Shown: positions 36,474 through 47,006, counted from the stretch's first letter. The stretch is 64,000 nucleotides of DNA from Bacteriovoracaceae bacterium (GCA_041586955.1 JBFGZE010000008.1:1-64000), one strand, 5' to 3'. Program-made: numbers and translations. The notes: a model not told the origin generated them from the letters alone.

Positions 36474-37418
36474 TTATAAAAATAACGAACTCACGGAGTC
36501 GTTATTGAAGGTACGATGAATGGCCTTCGCTAATATTTCCGCTGTTGATAATACTTTAATTTTTGAAGACTCATCGTCAGATAAATTTAAATGAATAGTG
36601 TCAGTTACAATGACTTGATCCAATTCCTTCGCTTTTTGTATCCTTTCTAATGCAGGATGAGAAAAGATTGGGTGAGTGGCGCAAGCAATCACCGATTTTG
36701 CTCCATTATCTTTAAGGGCCTTACATGCTTCAATTAGAGTTCCTGCCGTATCAATCATATCATCGACTATGATACAATCCTTTCCGTTCACGTCACCTAC
36801 CACATTCATCGCCTTGGCAACATTTTTTCCTGTTCTTCTTTTGTCGATCATTGCGATATCTGTTTTTAATTTTTTAGCATAATGCCTTACTCTTTCGACA
36901 CCACCTGCATCAGGAGAAACAAAAATAGTATTTTCAGTCATCACTTTTTCTTGAAGGTATTCAATCAAAACTGGTGATGCGAAAATATTATCAAAAGGTA
37001 TATTAAAAAAGCCCTGGATTTGACCCGTATGGAGATCCATAGTGATCACACGAGTTGCCCCTGCACCTGTTAATAGGTCGGCAACCAGCTTTGCTGATAT
37101 TGGAGTACGTGGTGAAACTTTACGATCTTGGCGAGCGTAGCCATAATGAGGAATGACGGCAGTAATTGAAGCAGCGGATGCCCTTTTTAAAGCATCGAAC
37201 ATAATAAGCATTTCCATCAAATGGTCATTAACTGGGGCAGACATAGATTGCAGAACAAAAACATCTGCACCACGAACATTTTTTTCAATCTCACAAAAAA
37301 TCTCGCCATTTGCAAAACGAACGAGTTGCGGGTCGACTAATTGAATTTCTAATTGTTCAGAGATCTTACTTGCGAGAGGGAGATTAGATGAACCTGATAC
37401 TAAGACAATACGTTTCAT
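36474..37418 (-). CDS. prs: Ribose-phosphate pyrophosphokinase
   Basis: F..GE, YGYARQDRK, DLH..QIQGFF, SPDAGGVER, VDDMIDTAGT. Confidence 0.97.
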   Translation of the reverse strand: MKRIVLVSGSSNLPLASKISEQLEIQLVDPQLVRFANGEIFCEIEKNVRGADVFVLQSMSAPVNDHLMEMLIMFDALKRASAASITAVIPHYGYARQDRKVSPRTPISAKLVADLLTGAGATRVITMDLHTGQIQGFFNIPFDNIFASPVLIEYLQEKVMTENTIFVSPDAGGVERVRHYAKKLKTDIAMIDKRRTGKNVAKAMNVVGDVNGKDCIIVDDMIDTAGTLIEACKALKDNGAKSVIACATHPIFSHPALERIQKAKELDQVIVTDTIHLNLSDDESSKIKVLSTAEILAKAIHRTFNNDSVSSLFL

Positions 37419-37447
37419 TTAACGTTCTCAGATGAAAAAGTTACGAA

Positions 37448-37523
37448 TGGCTGGGGTAGCAGGACTCGAACCTGCGCATGACAGAATCAAAATCTGTTGA
37501 CTTACCAACTTGTCGATACCCCA
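37448..37523 (-). tRNA. tRNA-Gln (TTG)
   Basis: Minus strand TGGGGTA...ACAGA-TTTTGAT-TCTGT...GCAGG-TTCGAGT-CCTGC-TACCCCA-GCCA; conserved position upstream of prs. Confidence 0.97.
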
Positions 37524-37537
37524 ACACTCGAATTTTG

Positions 37538-37566
37538 AATATAGCCAACGTTTTGTGAGTTCGCAA
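37538..37566 (-). promoter_or_regulatory. Putative sigma70 promoter of the tRNA-Gln-prs operon
   Basis: TTGCGA-N17-TATATT. Confidence 0.6.
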
Positions 37567-37579
37567 GTGCTTTTTTAAA

Positions 37580-39448
37580 TCAATTTAAACATCTAAGCTC
37601 CTGAAATCGCTTCCCTCGAGCTTCATAGCTCTTTTTAAATATCCCAAATGATGTTGAGGCCCCAGATGATCGAAAATTCTTATTGATAACATCCCTCTTT
37701 TCAACACCTGTCCAAACAATACCAAGCGTTGCACCATCAAAAAAAACAAACCAATTATCCATTCCATTGTTGGTTGTCCCAGTTTTGCCAAAAAAGGCGA
37801 GTTCACCTAAAATCGGCCCTACATGATTTTTAATGGTGGTATTTTTAGGGTCGCTCATTAAATGAAGAATCGATTTTTCAAACCCATTAGCGCAATCCGC
37901 TTTGACAAATGACTCATAGGAATTTTGAATTTCATTCAAAGACATCTCAACAGAACCTAATAGTTGAGCTGGATATTCTTTTAAGGGAGTCTGTAGGGGA
38001 ATTTGAATGCCAATTAAATAGTCTTCTAATTCTTTCCAGCCAAATTTTTCGGCCAATCGGACAACTGGCCTATTGTATGATTTAAATAGTGCCTCTTTTA
38101 TTTCTACTTCCTTAGGAAAGTTGCGGTATCCTTCTTTTGGAGACCACTTTCCTGATTTGATATTTAATTCAATAGTGTCCATTGAAACATAATCTGTAAA
38201 AAGAAGTCCTTTCTTAGTATAAAATGAATAAATCATAGGCTTTAAAATACTACCAACTTGATGCTTCTCTTTTTCGATCGCAATATTTTTGGCACGTTCA
38301 AACTTTGTATAAATTCTTATTTCTTTATTTAAATTTAATTTTTTAATTAAAACCTTTGAGGCAAAGTCCATTCCCTTAAACTTACTCTTTAAATCTGACA
38401 CCACTTCATTTGAATGAAGTGTTAATAGAAATTTTTCATAAAATAAATCATCATCAACCGGTTCAAAAATAGATTGTGCCAGTGCCATAAAACGGCCATC
38501 TCTCAATCGCGACTTTAATGATTTGACCCAGTTCTCCCAATCAGGCCCGGACCAAATTTTAATATTATCCTTTTCTAAAAGAGACACTTTTACTAACCGA
38601 TCCATCACCGCTTTAGTGCGTACCTTTAGTCGGTCCAAATGACGAAGAGGATTATAAAAAGATGGCCCCTTAAGAAGTCCAATTAAAATAGATACTTCAA
38701 AAGAATTCAAATCTTGCGGTCTTTTATTAAAATAATACATACTGGCCATAAAATAACCGCGAATTTGGATTCCATGATGAGAGCCCCAATAGACCTCATT
38801 AAGGTATAATTCGATAATTCTTTCTTTTTGTAATTTTTTTTCCAAATAAAGTGCCGCCACCATCTCCTTAATTTTTCTTGAGATGGTTTTTTTATTGGAA
38901 TAAAATAAATTCTTTGCCATTTGCTGAGTGAGGGTCGAGCCACCTTGCTTAAAACTCATTTCTTTAATGTCATAAAAAATTGCTCGCATAATTGAAAAAA
39001 AATCAAGGCCACTATGTTCTAAGAAGCGATTATCTTCAATCCCGATCAATCCGCGCCAAATGAGGGAGGGGATATTTTCTAATTTTTGATAGAGTTTTAA
39101 ACAAAAAGAATTACTATCGCAGCGTTCGGGACCAGCAATATCGAGGGATAAATCTTTCATTAATAATAAATTATTTTCTTGAGTAATTAAGGTTTCAGAG
39201 TTTGCTTGAAGCCATTGTTGATAGTTGGGCGCGCTGCGTACTAGCCCATAAATAAATCGAATATCTTCTTTATTTAAATGGCTACCTTCCTCAAAAAGAA
39301 GAGTTTTCCCCCTAGGTTCGAAATTAACGAGCCTTTGTTCTTTGCTTTTGATATCTGTAATAACATCATCAACAAACTGGCCCAGCACGATACTCAAACC
39401 AGCAACGCTCAGCAAAAAAACAATAAGGACTATTTTTACTCTACGCAT
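37580..39448 (-). CDS. Class A penicillin-binding protein (PBP1B-like transglycosylase/transpeptidase)
   Basis: EDNRF..H.G.D, QGGSTLTQQ.AKN, RKIKE; SILK, SYN and KTGT transpeptidase motifs. Confidence 0.9.
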   Translation of the reverse strand: MRRVKIVLIVFLLSVAGLSIVLGQFVDDVITDIKSKEQRLVNFEPRGKTLLFEEGSHLNKEDIRFIYGLVRSAPNYQQWLQANSETLITQENNLLLMKDLSLDIAGPERCDSNSFCLKLYQKLENIPSLIWRGLIGIEDNRFLEHSGLDFFSIMRAIFYDIKEMSFKQGGSTLTQQMAKNLFYSNKKTISRKIKEMVAALYLEKKLQKERIIELYLNEVYWGSHHGIQIRGYFMASMYYFNKRPQDLNSFEVSILIGLLKGPSFYNPLRHLDRLKVRTKAVMDRLVKVSLLEKDNIKIWSGPDWENWVKSLKSRLRDGRFMALAQSIFEPVDDDLFYEKFLLTLHSNEVVSDLKSKFKGMDFASKVLIKKLNLNKEIRIYTKFERAKNIAIEKEKHQVGSILKPMIYSFYTKKGLLFTDYVSMDTIELNIKSGKWSPKEGYRNFPKEVEIKEALFKSYNRPVVRLAEKFGWKELEDYLIGIQIPLQTPLKEYPAQLLGSVEMSLNEIQNSYESFVKADCANGFEKSILHLMSDPKNTTIKNHVGPILGELAFFGKTGTTNNGMDNWFVFFDGATLGIVWTGVEKRDVINKNFRSSGASTSFGIFKKSYEARGKRFQELRCLN

Positions 39449-39540
39449 CTTAAACCTTACAACTTTACTTAAAGACCCTAATTCACTATCATTACGAAGC
39501 AATTTTTTGTCTTAAGACTATTACCGGAGACGCAAATAAT

Positions 39541-41037
39541 ATGAAGCGCAATTATTTTCTTGGCCTCTTGCTACTTATTACTTCTCAAGCCCAAGCTTTG
39601 CCTGTCGACTGGCATGGTGTCTTTGGTGTTGATTCTACCCTAATCGATAATTTTAGGCGAATTGAAAAAACTACTGATGATAGCAACCTTGGCAACGCTG
39701 GCAACATGGGAACACAAGAGGTTCCTCTAGCAACAGGCAACCATGCCAATTCTTCCTTCCAATCCTATATCTTTCGCCTCAATCCGGTTATTCTTGTTAA
39801 CGATGCAGCAACAGTTAAGGCCGAATTCTCATCCGGTTATGGCCGCGGTGGTCGCTTAGGGGATAATTCAACTCAAAGCCTTGAGCCTGGTTTTGGTAAC
39901 ACTCTTTATAGTATGAATTTTAGTGATGATGATAAGTCTCTTCTCATCAATAAACTTTATATGGAACTTTATTCTGATACCGCCACTTATCAGATTGGTC
40001 GACACTCTTTCCATTATGGACTAGGAGCTGTTTTTCACAATGGTGAAGGAACTTGGGATAGACATTCATTAGTTCGTGATGGACTTACTATGAATCTTAA
40101 GCTTGGTAATTTTAAAATCTCACCCTATTGGGCAAAAATAGGTAGCCTTGGCTCTTTAACGAGAGCAACCAAAATTAAAGAGTACGGTGCTGCCCTTACC
40201 TATGATAATGTCAGTAAAAATCTCGGTTTTGGTATTCTTTTCGCCAAGAAACAAAACTCTTCATTCAATACAGAGTTGACGGCAGGAACTTCACAAAACC
40301 TTCCTGACCCCTCTACAGGCAATTATAATAGCTATACAAGCCTTGGAAAAACAAACGTTAAGATCCTAGACCTCTTTTTCAAAAAAGGCTTTGGTAATTT
40401 TAATTTTGCTCTCGAAATTCCTATCTTAAGTGGAAATATTGGCAACCTATTTCAAGAAAACACCAAATATAAGGCCAAGGCCTTTCTTTTCGAAAGTAAC
40501 TACCAACTTTCTAAGCGCTGGTCCTTAGGCCTTGATGCCGGGAAAGTTAAAGGTGATGATGGTAATCAGGCCAATTTTGAGGCCATGTATCTCAACCCCA
40601 ATTACCAAATTGCCAACCTCTTATTTAAATATAATATGCGCGCTATCTCAAACCCGGATGGGGCCAATTCTCGTAGCCTCTACGATTCATATGTTAATAA
40701 TGTTAATTATATTAAATTAAGCGGAACTTATGCGTCTGAAAAATGGACCTTTAATACCGCATTTATCTATGCACAGGCAGAGCAAGTCGCTAAAGCTGGC
40801 AACCTCGCCTTTAACCATATGACTAATAAATCATTTACAGCTGATTTCAATCAAGAAAATGATATGGGTATGGAGCTTGATTTAAACCTGGATTACAAGT
40901 GGAACAGTGAAGTCTCCATTGGCAGTAGCCTTGGATACCTTTTTACCGGCGATTACTTTGGCTATACCAATACAGCGACTCCCAACTCTGTTAAAGACTC
41001 ATTTGTCGCCCAGATTCGCTCAGCAGTTCACTTTTAG
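39541..41037 (+). CDS. Outer-membrane beta-barrel (porin-like) protein
   Basis: Signal peptide AQA; aromatic/Gly-rich strands, G.ELD...Y motif, terminal Phe. Confidence 0.7.
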   Translation: MKRNYFLGLLLLITSQAQALPVDWHGVFGVDSTLIDNFRRIEKTTDDSNLGNAGNMGTQEVPLATGNHANSSFQSYIFRLNPVILVNDAATVKAEFSSGYGRGGRLGDNSTQSLEPGFGNTLYSMNFSDDDKSLLINKLYMELYSDTATYQIGRHSFHYGLGAVFHNGEGTWDRHSLVRDGLTMNLKLGNFKISPYWAKIGSLGSLTRATKIKEYGAALTYDNVSKNLGFGILFAKKQNSSFNTELTAGTSQNLPDPSTGNYNSYTSLGKTNVKILDLFFKKGFGNFNFALEIPILSGNIGNLFQENTKYKAKAFLFESNYQLSKRWSLGLDAGKVKGDDGNQANFEAMYLNPNYQIANLLFKYNMRAISNPDGANSRSLYDSYVNNVNYIKLSGTYASEKWTFNTAFIYAQAEQVAKAGNLAFNHMTNKSFTADFNQENDMGMELDLNLDYKWNSEVSIGSSLGYLFTGDYFGYTNTATPNSVKDSFVAQIRSAVHF

Positions 41038-43019
41038 TACGGAAGTCCTTGAGACCTGCCAGGTTGTGGCATGATATAACTTGGCTGGCGATAATTACCA
41101 GTTGGTGGGTAGTTGCCATTCGCCTGAAAATTACCTGTTGGCCCCTGTATTCCGGGGCCATAGCCCATAGAATACTGATTACCCCAACTTCCTGCATCAT
41201 ATTGATAATTATAAGGACCCCCATTTTGGCCATACGAGTAGTCATCCCAAAAACCGTCTGAATCATCGCCCATATAAGCTCCGCCATTGATGGCGAAGTT
41301 ATCGTAATAATAATCGTTCTCTTCTCGATCCTGCATCAACTCTTCCCTATAACGCTCAAAATTACGAGAATAACGATTATGGCGTTCGCTTGCGCCCCTA
41401 TACGCCAAAAGGCTTTTTTTCCTTCTGCTTAGAAAAGCTTTTTGTCGACGACTTTTGCCATTGGTGAACCTTTTGCATGCCATAGGATTTTTGACCGTTC
41501 CAAAAAATGTTTTACCACAGTATTTCATTTGATATTTTGACTCTTTTTGTTGATACGCTTGGTAATCATAATCCATCTTCCGCTTACGACGTTGCATTTC
41601 TCTTCTCGCGGTATAAACGGCTTTTTTGCTACCATTACGACTGTCATAATCATTTTGCCAATCACGTAAATGTGTATCTTCAAATGTTGCCAAAGTTTTG
41701 CGAATTTGTTTATCAGCTTGTGCGATTGTATATTGCTTACCCCGTTTATCTCTACGCCCTTTATAGACTTGACTATAATATTGACTCGTTAAAAGAACTC
41801 CTTTTACAGCACGGGCCTGGTCTCCTAGATTATATTCCTTAAAATGGTCAAGCATCATGGCCTGTCTTTTACTCGACCCTTTTTCATATTTACCGATAGC
41901 TTCGTTAAGTGCTTTTATTTTTTTATCAAATTTAGCACTATTTTTTGATCCTCTTAACTTCATTAATCCATCTAATTCTTTAATTGCAGGGCGTATGACA
42001 TACTTATTATATTCTTTTAAGTTATCAACATATTCGTCAGCAAGTCTTTCAGACTCTTCCTCGCTATTAAGCTCTCCCTTTTTATATTTGAACTCTTTTT
42101 CAATTTCCATTAATCTTGCGTAAGCCTTTTGACCATTTTCAGCATGTAATTTATCAAGTGCTTCTCCGAGAATAGATTTCAATAATTTTGCATTTCCAAG
42201 AGAACTTTTATCAAGGCGAGACAATTCTTTTAAAATTTCGTCATAATCCTTACCATTTTGACAAATTTTGACAATTCTTTTGTATTCCCGATCCTCTGTA
42301 GAAGTATAAAGTTCCAAGGGATCGCTTCCATGGATATTTTCATATGCCATACACTTCCAATTACTTGGTACTTTTGAAGCACTCGCTTTATGGCCAATGC
42401 CATAATCGCTAATAACAGAAGAGCCAAAATATACGAAATGGCTTTCATCTTTTTTACGAATATTGACTTTGAAAGGAATTTCTAAACGATAAGAAATAAG
42501 TCCATTTTTATTGGCCTTTTCATAATTTAGGGCGCCCGCGGGTGTTAATAGACCTTTATTTTTTAAGCAATTATAATACTTATCACTTTCATTATCGGCC
42601 ATTTCCTTGGTACTTAAGTCCGCTGTTGTATATTTATACTTATTTTTAAAGCGAATGAAAACGTCATTGCCTATTCTTTGAGTTTCCAATTTAAGGTCTA
42701 AACAGGCGTTAACATACCTTGGTAATTTAACTTTAGCATTACCATTTTTATCTGATGAAATTTTAATTTTACTAGGAAAAAGTATTGCCCTTTTCAGAAG
42801 ACCTAATGGTAAATAGCGCTCATCTGTTGAATTATTACAGACTTCCTCTTTACCTACAGGATTCGTCTCACCTTTTGTTTCAACAGAGGTATAAGCTTTC
42901 CCGCCAGAGTCATCTTCACCCAGGAAACTCAGGTCGCCACGGCCTACCACATTAGCATGGCCAGCACTGGCCAATAATAACCCTGATACAATTAATCCGT
43001 TTAATCTGAATTTCTGCAT
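41034..43019 (-). CDS. Large secreted hypothetical protein with Tyr/Gly/Gln/Asn-rich tail
   Basis: Signal peptide (AGHA), GAGGG RBS, Cys-containing N-domain, Lys/Arg-rich helical middle, low-complexity C-terminus. Confidence 0.75.
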   Translation of the reverse strand: MQKFRLNGLIVSGLLLASAGHANVVGRGDLSFLGEDDSGGKAYTSVETKGETNPVGKEEVCNNSTDERYLPLGLLKRAILFPSKIKISSDKNGNAKVKLPRYVNACLDLKLETQRIGNDVFIRFKNKYKYTTADLSTKEMADNESDKYYNCLKNKGLLTPAGALNYEKANKNGLISYRLEIPFKVNIRKKDESHFVYFGSSVISDYGIGHKASASKVPSNWKCMAYENIHGSDPLELYTSTEDREYKRIVKICQNGKDYDEILKELSRLDKSSLGNAKLLKSILGEALDKLHAENGQKAYARLMEIEKEFKYKKGELNSEEESERLADEYVDNLKEYNKYVIRPAIKELDGLMKLRGSKNSAKFDKKIKALNEAIGKYEKGSSKRQAMMLDHFKEYNLGDQARAVKGVLLTSQYYSQVYKGRRDKRGKQYTIAQADKQIRKTLATFEDTHLRDWQNDYDSRNGSKKAVYTARREMQRRKRKMDYDYQAYQQKESKYQMKYCGKTFFGTVKNPMACKRFTNGKSRRQKAFLSRRKKSLLAYRGASERHNRYSRNFERYREELMQDREENDYYYDNFAINGGAYMGDDSDGFWDDYSYGQNGGPYNYQYDAGSWGNQYSMGYGPGIQGPTGNFQANGNYPPTGNYRQPSYIMPQPGRSQGLPY

Positions 43020-43055
43020 TTGTTGACCCTCGTAAAGCAAACTTTTTCAATTTAC

Positions 43056-43082
43056 TATTCGGCAGAAATTGACAAATATTTA
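43056..43082 (-). promoter_or_regulatory. Sigma28 (FliA) promoter
   Basis: TAAA-N15-GCCGAATA versus consensus TAAA-N15-GCCGATAA. Confidence 0.7.
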
Positions 43083-43107
43083 ATGAAATAGCGGATAATT
43101 TACGAAA

Positions 43108-45078
43108 TTAATGGATATTGATGGGGTCAACATCCAATTTAACTTGAATGCCGCTTTTTAATTTTAATAATTTAGAGATATTATTAACTAATTGATGAAG
43201 CTCAATAACCTCATTGCTTTTTAGCAAAATACACCAACTATACTTATTGACTCTTTTTTCCACTAATGTTGGCCTCGGACCAATTACTTCTACTTTATTA
43301 AAATGCTTTTCCCTTAAAGAGTGGCAAGCTCGAGCATAGTCTTTAGCCGCAGATTCAACTTCATTTAAGTTTGTCCCAATCAAATAAATCAAAATAAACT
43401 TGCTATAGGGTGGGAATTGAAACATTTTTCGTAGGTCTAATTCTTCTTGATAAAACTTTGGGAATTCCTCGTTTTCAATAATATTAAATAAGTCATTTTC
43501 AGGATAAAAGGTTTCAATAACGACTCGACCTCTTTTTTTATATCTTCCGGCCCTACCGCTGACTTGTACTAATTGTTGAAATACTTTTTCTTTTGCGCGA
43601 AAGTCGGGGAAATTTAAAACATTATCTATGCCAAGGACAATTACTTTGTTGACGTTTTTAAAATTATGACCTTTAGAAATCATTTGAGTGCCGACAAGGA
43701 TATCTATATTTCCTGAATGAAATTCATTCAATACTTCTTTTAATTTTTCAAAATTAGTAATTTCCGAGCGGTCAAAACGTACGATTTTTTTACCGGGGAA
43801 TTGTCCTTCAAGAAATTCCTGTATCCTTTCTGTTCCATGTCCTTTTGGCAATAAATTCAAATTACTGCACTCTGGACACTCGTGTGGTTTGGCCATACTA
43901 AAATTACAAATATTACATTTAAGTATGTTTTGGCGTTTAAAAAATGTGAGGTTACTTGTACAGTTATTGCATTCGAATTTATGGCCACAAACATTACAAT
44001 AGATAAAGTTTGAATATCCTAATTTATTAATGAATACCAATACCTGCTCTTTATGCTCGAGAGATTCTTTAATCTCAAGAACGGATTCATCACTCAATGG
44101 ATTTTTTGATGAATCATTTTTTTTATCAATTAAAACAATTTCAGGTAATTGCACATCATTGAATCTTTGATTTAAAAAATATGTATTGTTTTGATCCGTA
44201 CAGCGCTTTAGGTCCTCGCATGTTGGGGTAGCAGAGCCCAAAATGACCGGTATACTTAATAAGTGTGCCCTCTTTATGGCAACATCTTTCGCATTATACG
44301 TGCATCGATCTTCTTGTTTAAAAGATGAATCATGACTTTCATCTACGATGATTAAACCTAAATTATTAAACGGAAGAAAAATACTACTTCTCACACCAAT
44401 TATTATTTTTGGATCTTTATCATTGATCAATGAATTCCAAATTTGGAACTTCTCCGAATTGTTTAAGTTACTGTGATAGGAGATGATTTCTCCATCGGTA
44501 TAGTCTGAAACCATATCCAACAATTGGGGTGTTAAATTAATTTCAGGTATAATTAATAAGGCCGACTTGTTTCTTTTTATCGTACTTTTGATCAAGTCCA
44601 AATAAATCATGGATTTTCCAGAGCCCGTCACTCCATAAACTAAGCTTTGCTTAAACTCTTCCATATTTTTGCGTATTTCAAATGCCGCCTCTTCCTGTAG
44701 TGGCGAAAGTTTAAGCTCTTTTGTTCCATGCCCATAAATACGTGCCACCGCCCTTGGTCTTTTGAGTGGCTTCGGCAATGTCTCAAAAACAAGTTTACCG
44801 AGAGGGTAATGGTAATAATTGGCACACCACCAAAGTAAATCAATATTACCTACGGGAAAATCAAAACCCCAATCTAGTTTACCCACGACCTCTTTGAGTT
44901 TAATATCCTTAGGAAAGTCTTTTTCATAGTCCAGAAACATTCCTTTCACTTTCCTTCTTCCTAATGGTAGCTCCACAAGCTCACCTTTAGTCAAAGTCAG
45001 AGTGTTTGGAATCTTATATGTCAAAATAGAATCGGAGAAAACTGTATCGACAGCAAATCGTCCAACAGATGTCGTCAT
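43108..45078 (-). CDS. priA: Primosomal protein N' (replication restart helicase)
   Basis: GVTGSGKS, PEI.LTPQ, DESHD.SFKQ, Cys-rich zinc module, GTQM.SKGH.F, QVSGRAGR. Confidence 0.95.
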   Translation of the reverse strand: MTTSVGRFAVDTVFSDSILTYKIPNTLTLTKGELVELPLGRRKVKGMFLDYEKDFPKDIKLKEVVGKLDWGFDFPVGNIDLLWWCANYYHYPLGKLVFETLPKPLKRPRAVARIYGHGTKELKLSPLQEEAAFEIRKNMEEFKQSLVYGVTGSGKSMIYLDLIKSTIKRNKSALLIIPEINLTPQLLDMVSDYTDGEIISYHSNLNNSEKFQIWNSLINDKDPKIIIGVRSSIFLPFNNLGLIIVDESHDSSFKQEDRCTYNAKDVAIKRAHLLSIPVILGSATPTCEDLKRCTDQNNTYFLNQRFNDVQLPEIVLIDKKNDSSKNPLSDESVLEIKESLEHKEQVLVFINKLGYSNFIYCNVCGHKFECNNCTSNLTFFKRQNILKCNICNFSMAKPHECPECSNLNLLPKGHGTERIQEFLEGQFPGKKIVRFDRSEITNFEKLKEVLNEFHSGNIDILVGTQMISKGHNFKNVNKVIVLGIDNVLNFPDFRAKEKVFQQLVQVSGRAGRYKKRGRVVIETFYPENDLFNIIENEEFPKFYQEELDLRKMFQFPPYSKFILIYLIGTNLNEVESAAKDYARACHSLREKHFNKVEVIGPRPTLVEKRVNKYSWCILLKSNEVIELHQLVNNISKLLKLKSGIQVKLDVDPINIH

Positions 45079-46076
45079 TATAATAAAAAGCTAAATAAGA
45101 TTGGCCTTTCTTTATTTGTCATCATTTTAGATAAGTCCGTAAACTTTTTGGCCAATTTGGTTTTTTTATCAGATAAAAATTTTAAATTTTTAAATGTCAT
45201 TCTGAATAATTTATCTGCCCCGCTTTTGATGTATATATTTCGTGGAACGATTCTTTTTGCATTGAAATAAAAGTACTCATCCACACTTAAAAGTATATTG
45301 CTGGATAAAGTATTTACATTAATTCGTTTAAAGTTATGAGTTGGGTTATCAAAATATAATGTCGCACCGGTCAGATCAGCGGCCCAAAAGAATTCGTTCT
45401 CAAGTTTTACAAGTCTAATGTTACCAGGTCTTTGATACATCGGCTTTTTGATAACTCTATTTACTAACTCTCTATCTTCACTATCGTGAGGCTTCATCGG
45501 TGACTCTAAGCTAGCTTTTAATGAGCTGTCTTTATTAGTCATCACCAGATATTTTTTATATTTTTCAAAAAGAACAAGTTTTTCCTCGTCCATTAGTTCT
45601 TTATTCGTTTTGTATTTGGGATCTATCTTTTTCAAGAGATTATTTGCAACAACCGAATCATTCGCTAAAAGTGAAAACGCGATTGAGTAAAAACTCAATT
45701 TTTCAATATCGTTTTCACGCCTTATTCTTGATATAAAGCTTGAAAAGTACACTGTATCGATAACCTCTTTTACTTTATCCACCTCTTTATAGAGTACTTG
45801 TAACAAGCGATAATCATCACTTTCTTTTTTAATATAAAAATCCACGAAATATTGTGCTTCATCTATATTTGAAAAGACTTTGCTTTCCATTTCATTTTTA
45901 TTTCGAACAATTTCCTTTTGACCTTCTAATCCTTGTTCCTTTAGTTGAAACTGAAATAAGTATATTCCCTCTTCTAATTCTGCATTAGTGCCATTGCGTA
46001 ACAATCCCTCAAGAGTTGGTATTGCTGCGAAACTGCTATTCATGGTTATCAACAGAGTTATTATAATTTTTATCAT
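45078..46076 (-). CDS. Hypothetical exported protein
   Basis: Signal peptide SFA; between galU and priA, TAATG coupling to priA. Confidence 0.65.
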   Translation of the reverse strand: MIKIIITLLITMNSSFAAIPTLEGLLRNGTNAELEEGIYLFQFQLKEQGLEGQKEIVRNKNEMESKVFSNIDEAQYFVDFYIKKESDDYRLLQVLYKEVDKVKEVIDTVYFSSFISRIRRENDIEKLSFYSIAFSLLANDSVVANNLLKKIDPKYKTNKELMDEEKLVLFEKYKKYLVMTNKDSSLKASLESPMKPHDSEDRELVNRVIKKPMYQRPGNIRLVKLENEFFWAADLTGATLYFDNPTHNFKRINVNTLSSNILLSVDEYFYFNAKRIVPRNIYIKSGADKLFRMTFKNLKFLSDKKTKLAKKFTDLSKMMTNKERPILFSFLL

Positions 46077-46081
46077 CTTAA

Positions 46082-46972
46082 TTATACCTTTAAAGAATAT
46101 TTTTTTACTTTTTCAACAATTATTCTTTCCATTTCGTTTTTCAATTTTTCATCTCGCAGAGCAAACTCTACGGTAGCATCAAGGTAGCCCGTAACACTTC
46201 CAGTATCAAAGCGCTCGCCATCGAATATATGGGCAAACGTATTACCACTTTTGGCCAATAAATTGATCGCATCTGTTAGTTGGTATTCTCCACCAACCCC
46301 TCTAGGGATTTCTTCTAAGGCACTGAAAATATCTGAGTGCAGGATATAGCGACCAGGTGTTGCTAAATTAGTGGGTGCCTTATCTGGGTCAGGCTTTTCA
46401 ATCATTGTTTTCATCAATAATGTCTTTTGACTGCCGCTGACAAATTCACCATCAATAATCCCATACTTATTTGTTTGTGAATTCTCAACTTCCATAACAC
46501 CAATAACACTTGAGGAGCTTTGCTCTCTGGAACAATCAATTAATTGCTTGGTCGCGGGAATCTCATTAACAATAAGGTCATCTCCTAGAAGAACTGCAAA
46601 AGTTTCATTACCAATTATATTTTTAGCACATAAAACAGCATGGCCTAGCCCCAATTGCTCTTTTTGCCTAACAGAGATCACTTCTACCATTTCTCCGATG
46701 CTTTTGATCAGGCTTCTATATTCCTCTTTATTATTTTTAAGGAGAAAGTCTTCTAATTCTATATTGCGATCAAAAAAGTTCTCTAGGGACTCTTTTCCAC
46801 TTGAGGTCACAAAGATAATTTGTTCAATACCTGAGTCAACTGCCTCCTTTACGACATGGAAAATCATCGGGGTATTGATAATTGGCAACATCTCTTTTGG
46901 TAATTGCTTGGTTGCGGGCAAAAATCTGGTTCCTTTTCCTGCAACGGGGATGACGGCCTTTCTAATCTTCAT
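46082..46972 (-). CDS. galU: UTP-glucose-1-phosphate uridylyltransferase
   Basis: KAVIPVAG.GTRFLPATK..PKEMLP, RQ.E.LGLGHAV, EKP, GEYQLTDA. Confidence 0.96.
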   Translation of the reverse strand: MKIRKAVIPVAGKGTRFLPATKQLPKEMLPIINTPMIFHVVKEAVDSGIEQIIFVTSSGKESLENFFDRNIELEDFLLKNNKEEYRSLIKSIGEMVEVISVRQKEQLGLGHAVLCAKNIIGNETFAVLLGDDLIVNEIPATKQLIDCSREQSSSSVIGVMEVENSQTNKYGIIDGEFVSGSQKTLLMKTMIEKPDPDKAPTNLATPGRYILHSDIFSALEEIPRGVGGEYQLTDAINLLAKSGNTFAHIFDGERFDTGSVTGYLDATVEFALRDEKLKNEMERIIVEKVKKYSLKV

Positions 46973-47006
46973 TATAATTTCCTTATATAAACTTTTTGGA
47001 GTTTCA

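Noticed and set aside
46548..47006. N-terminal 153 aa of the 454-aa ORF on the + strand
   Set aside because: Antisense shadow of galU; the real gene starts at ATG 47007 with an RBS and signal peptide
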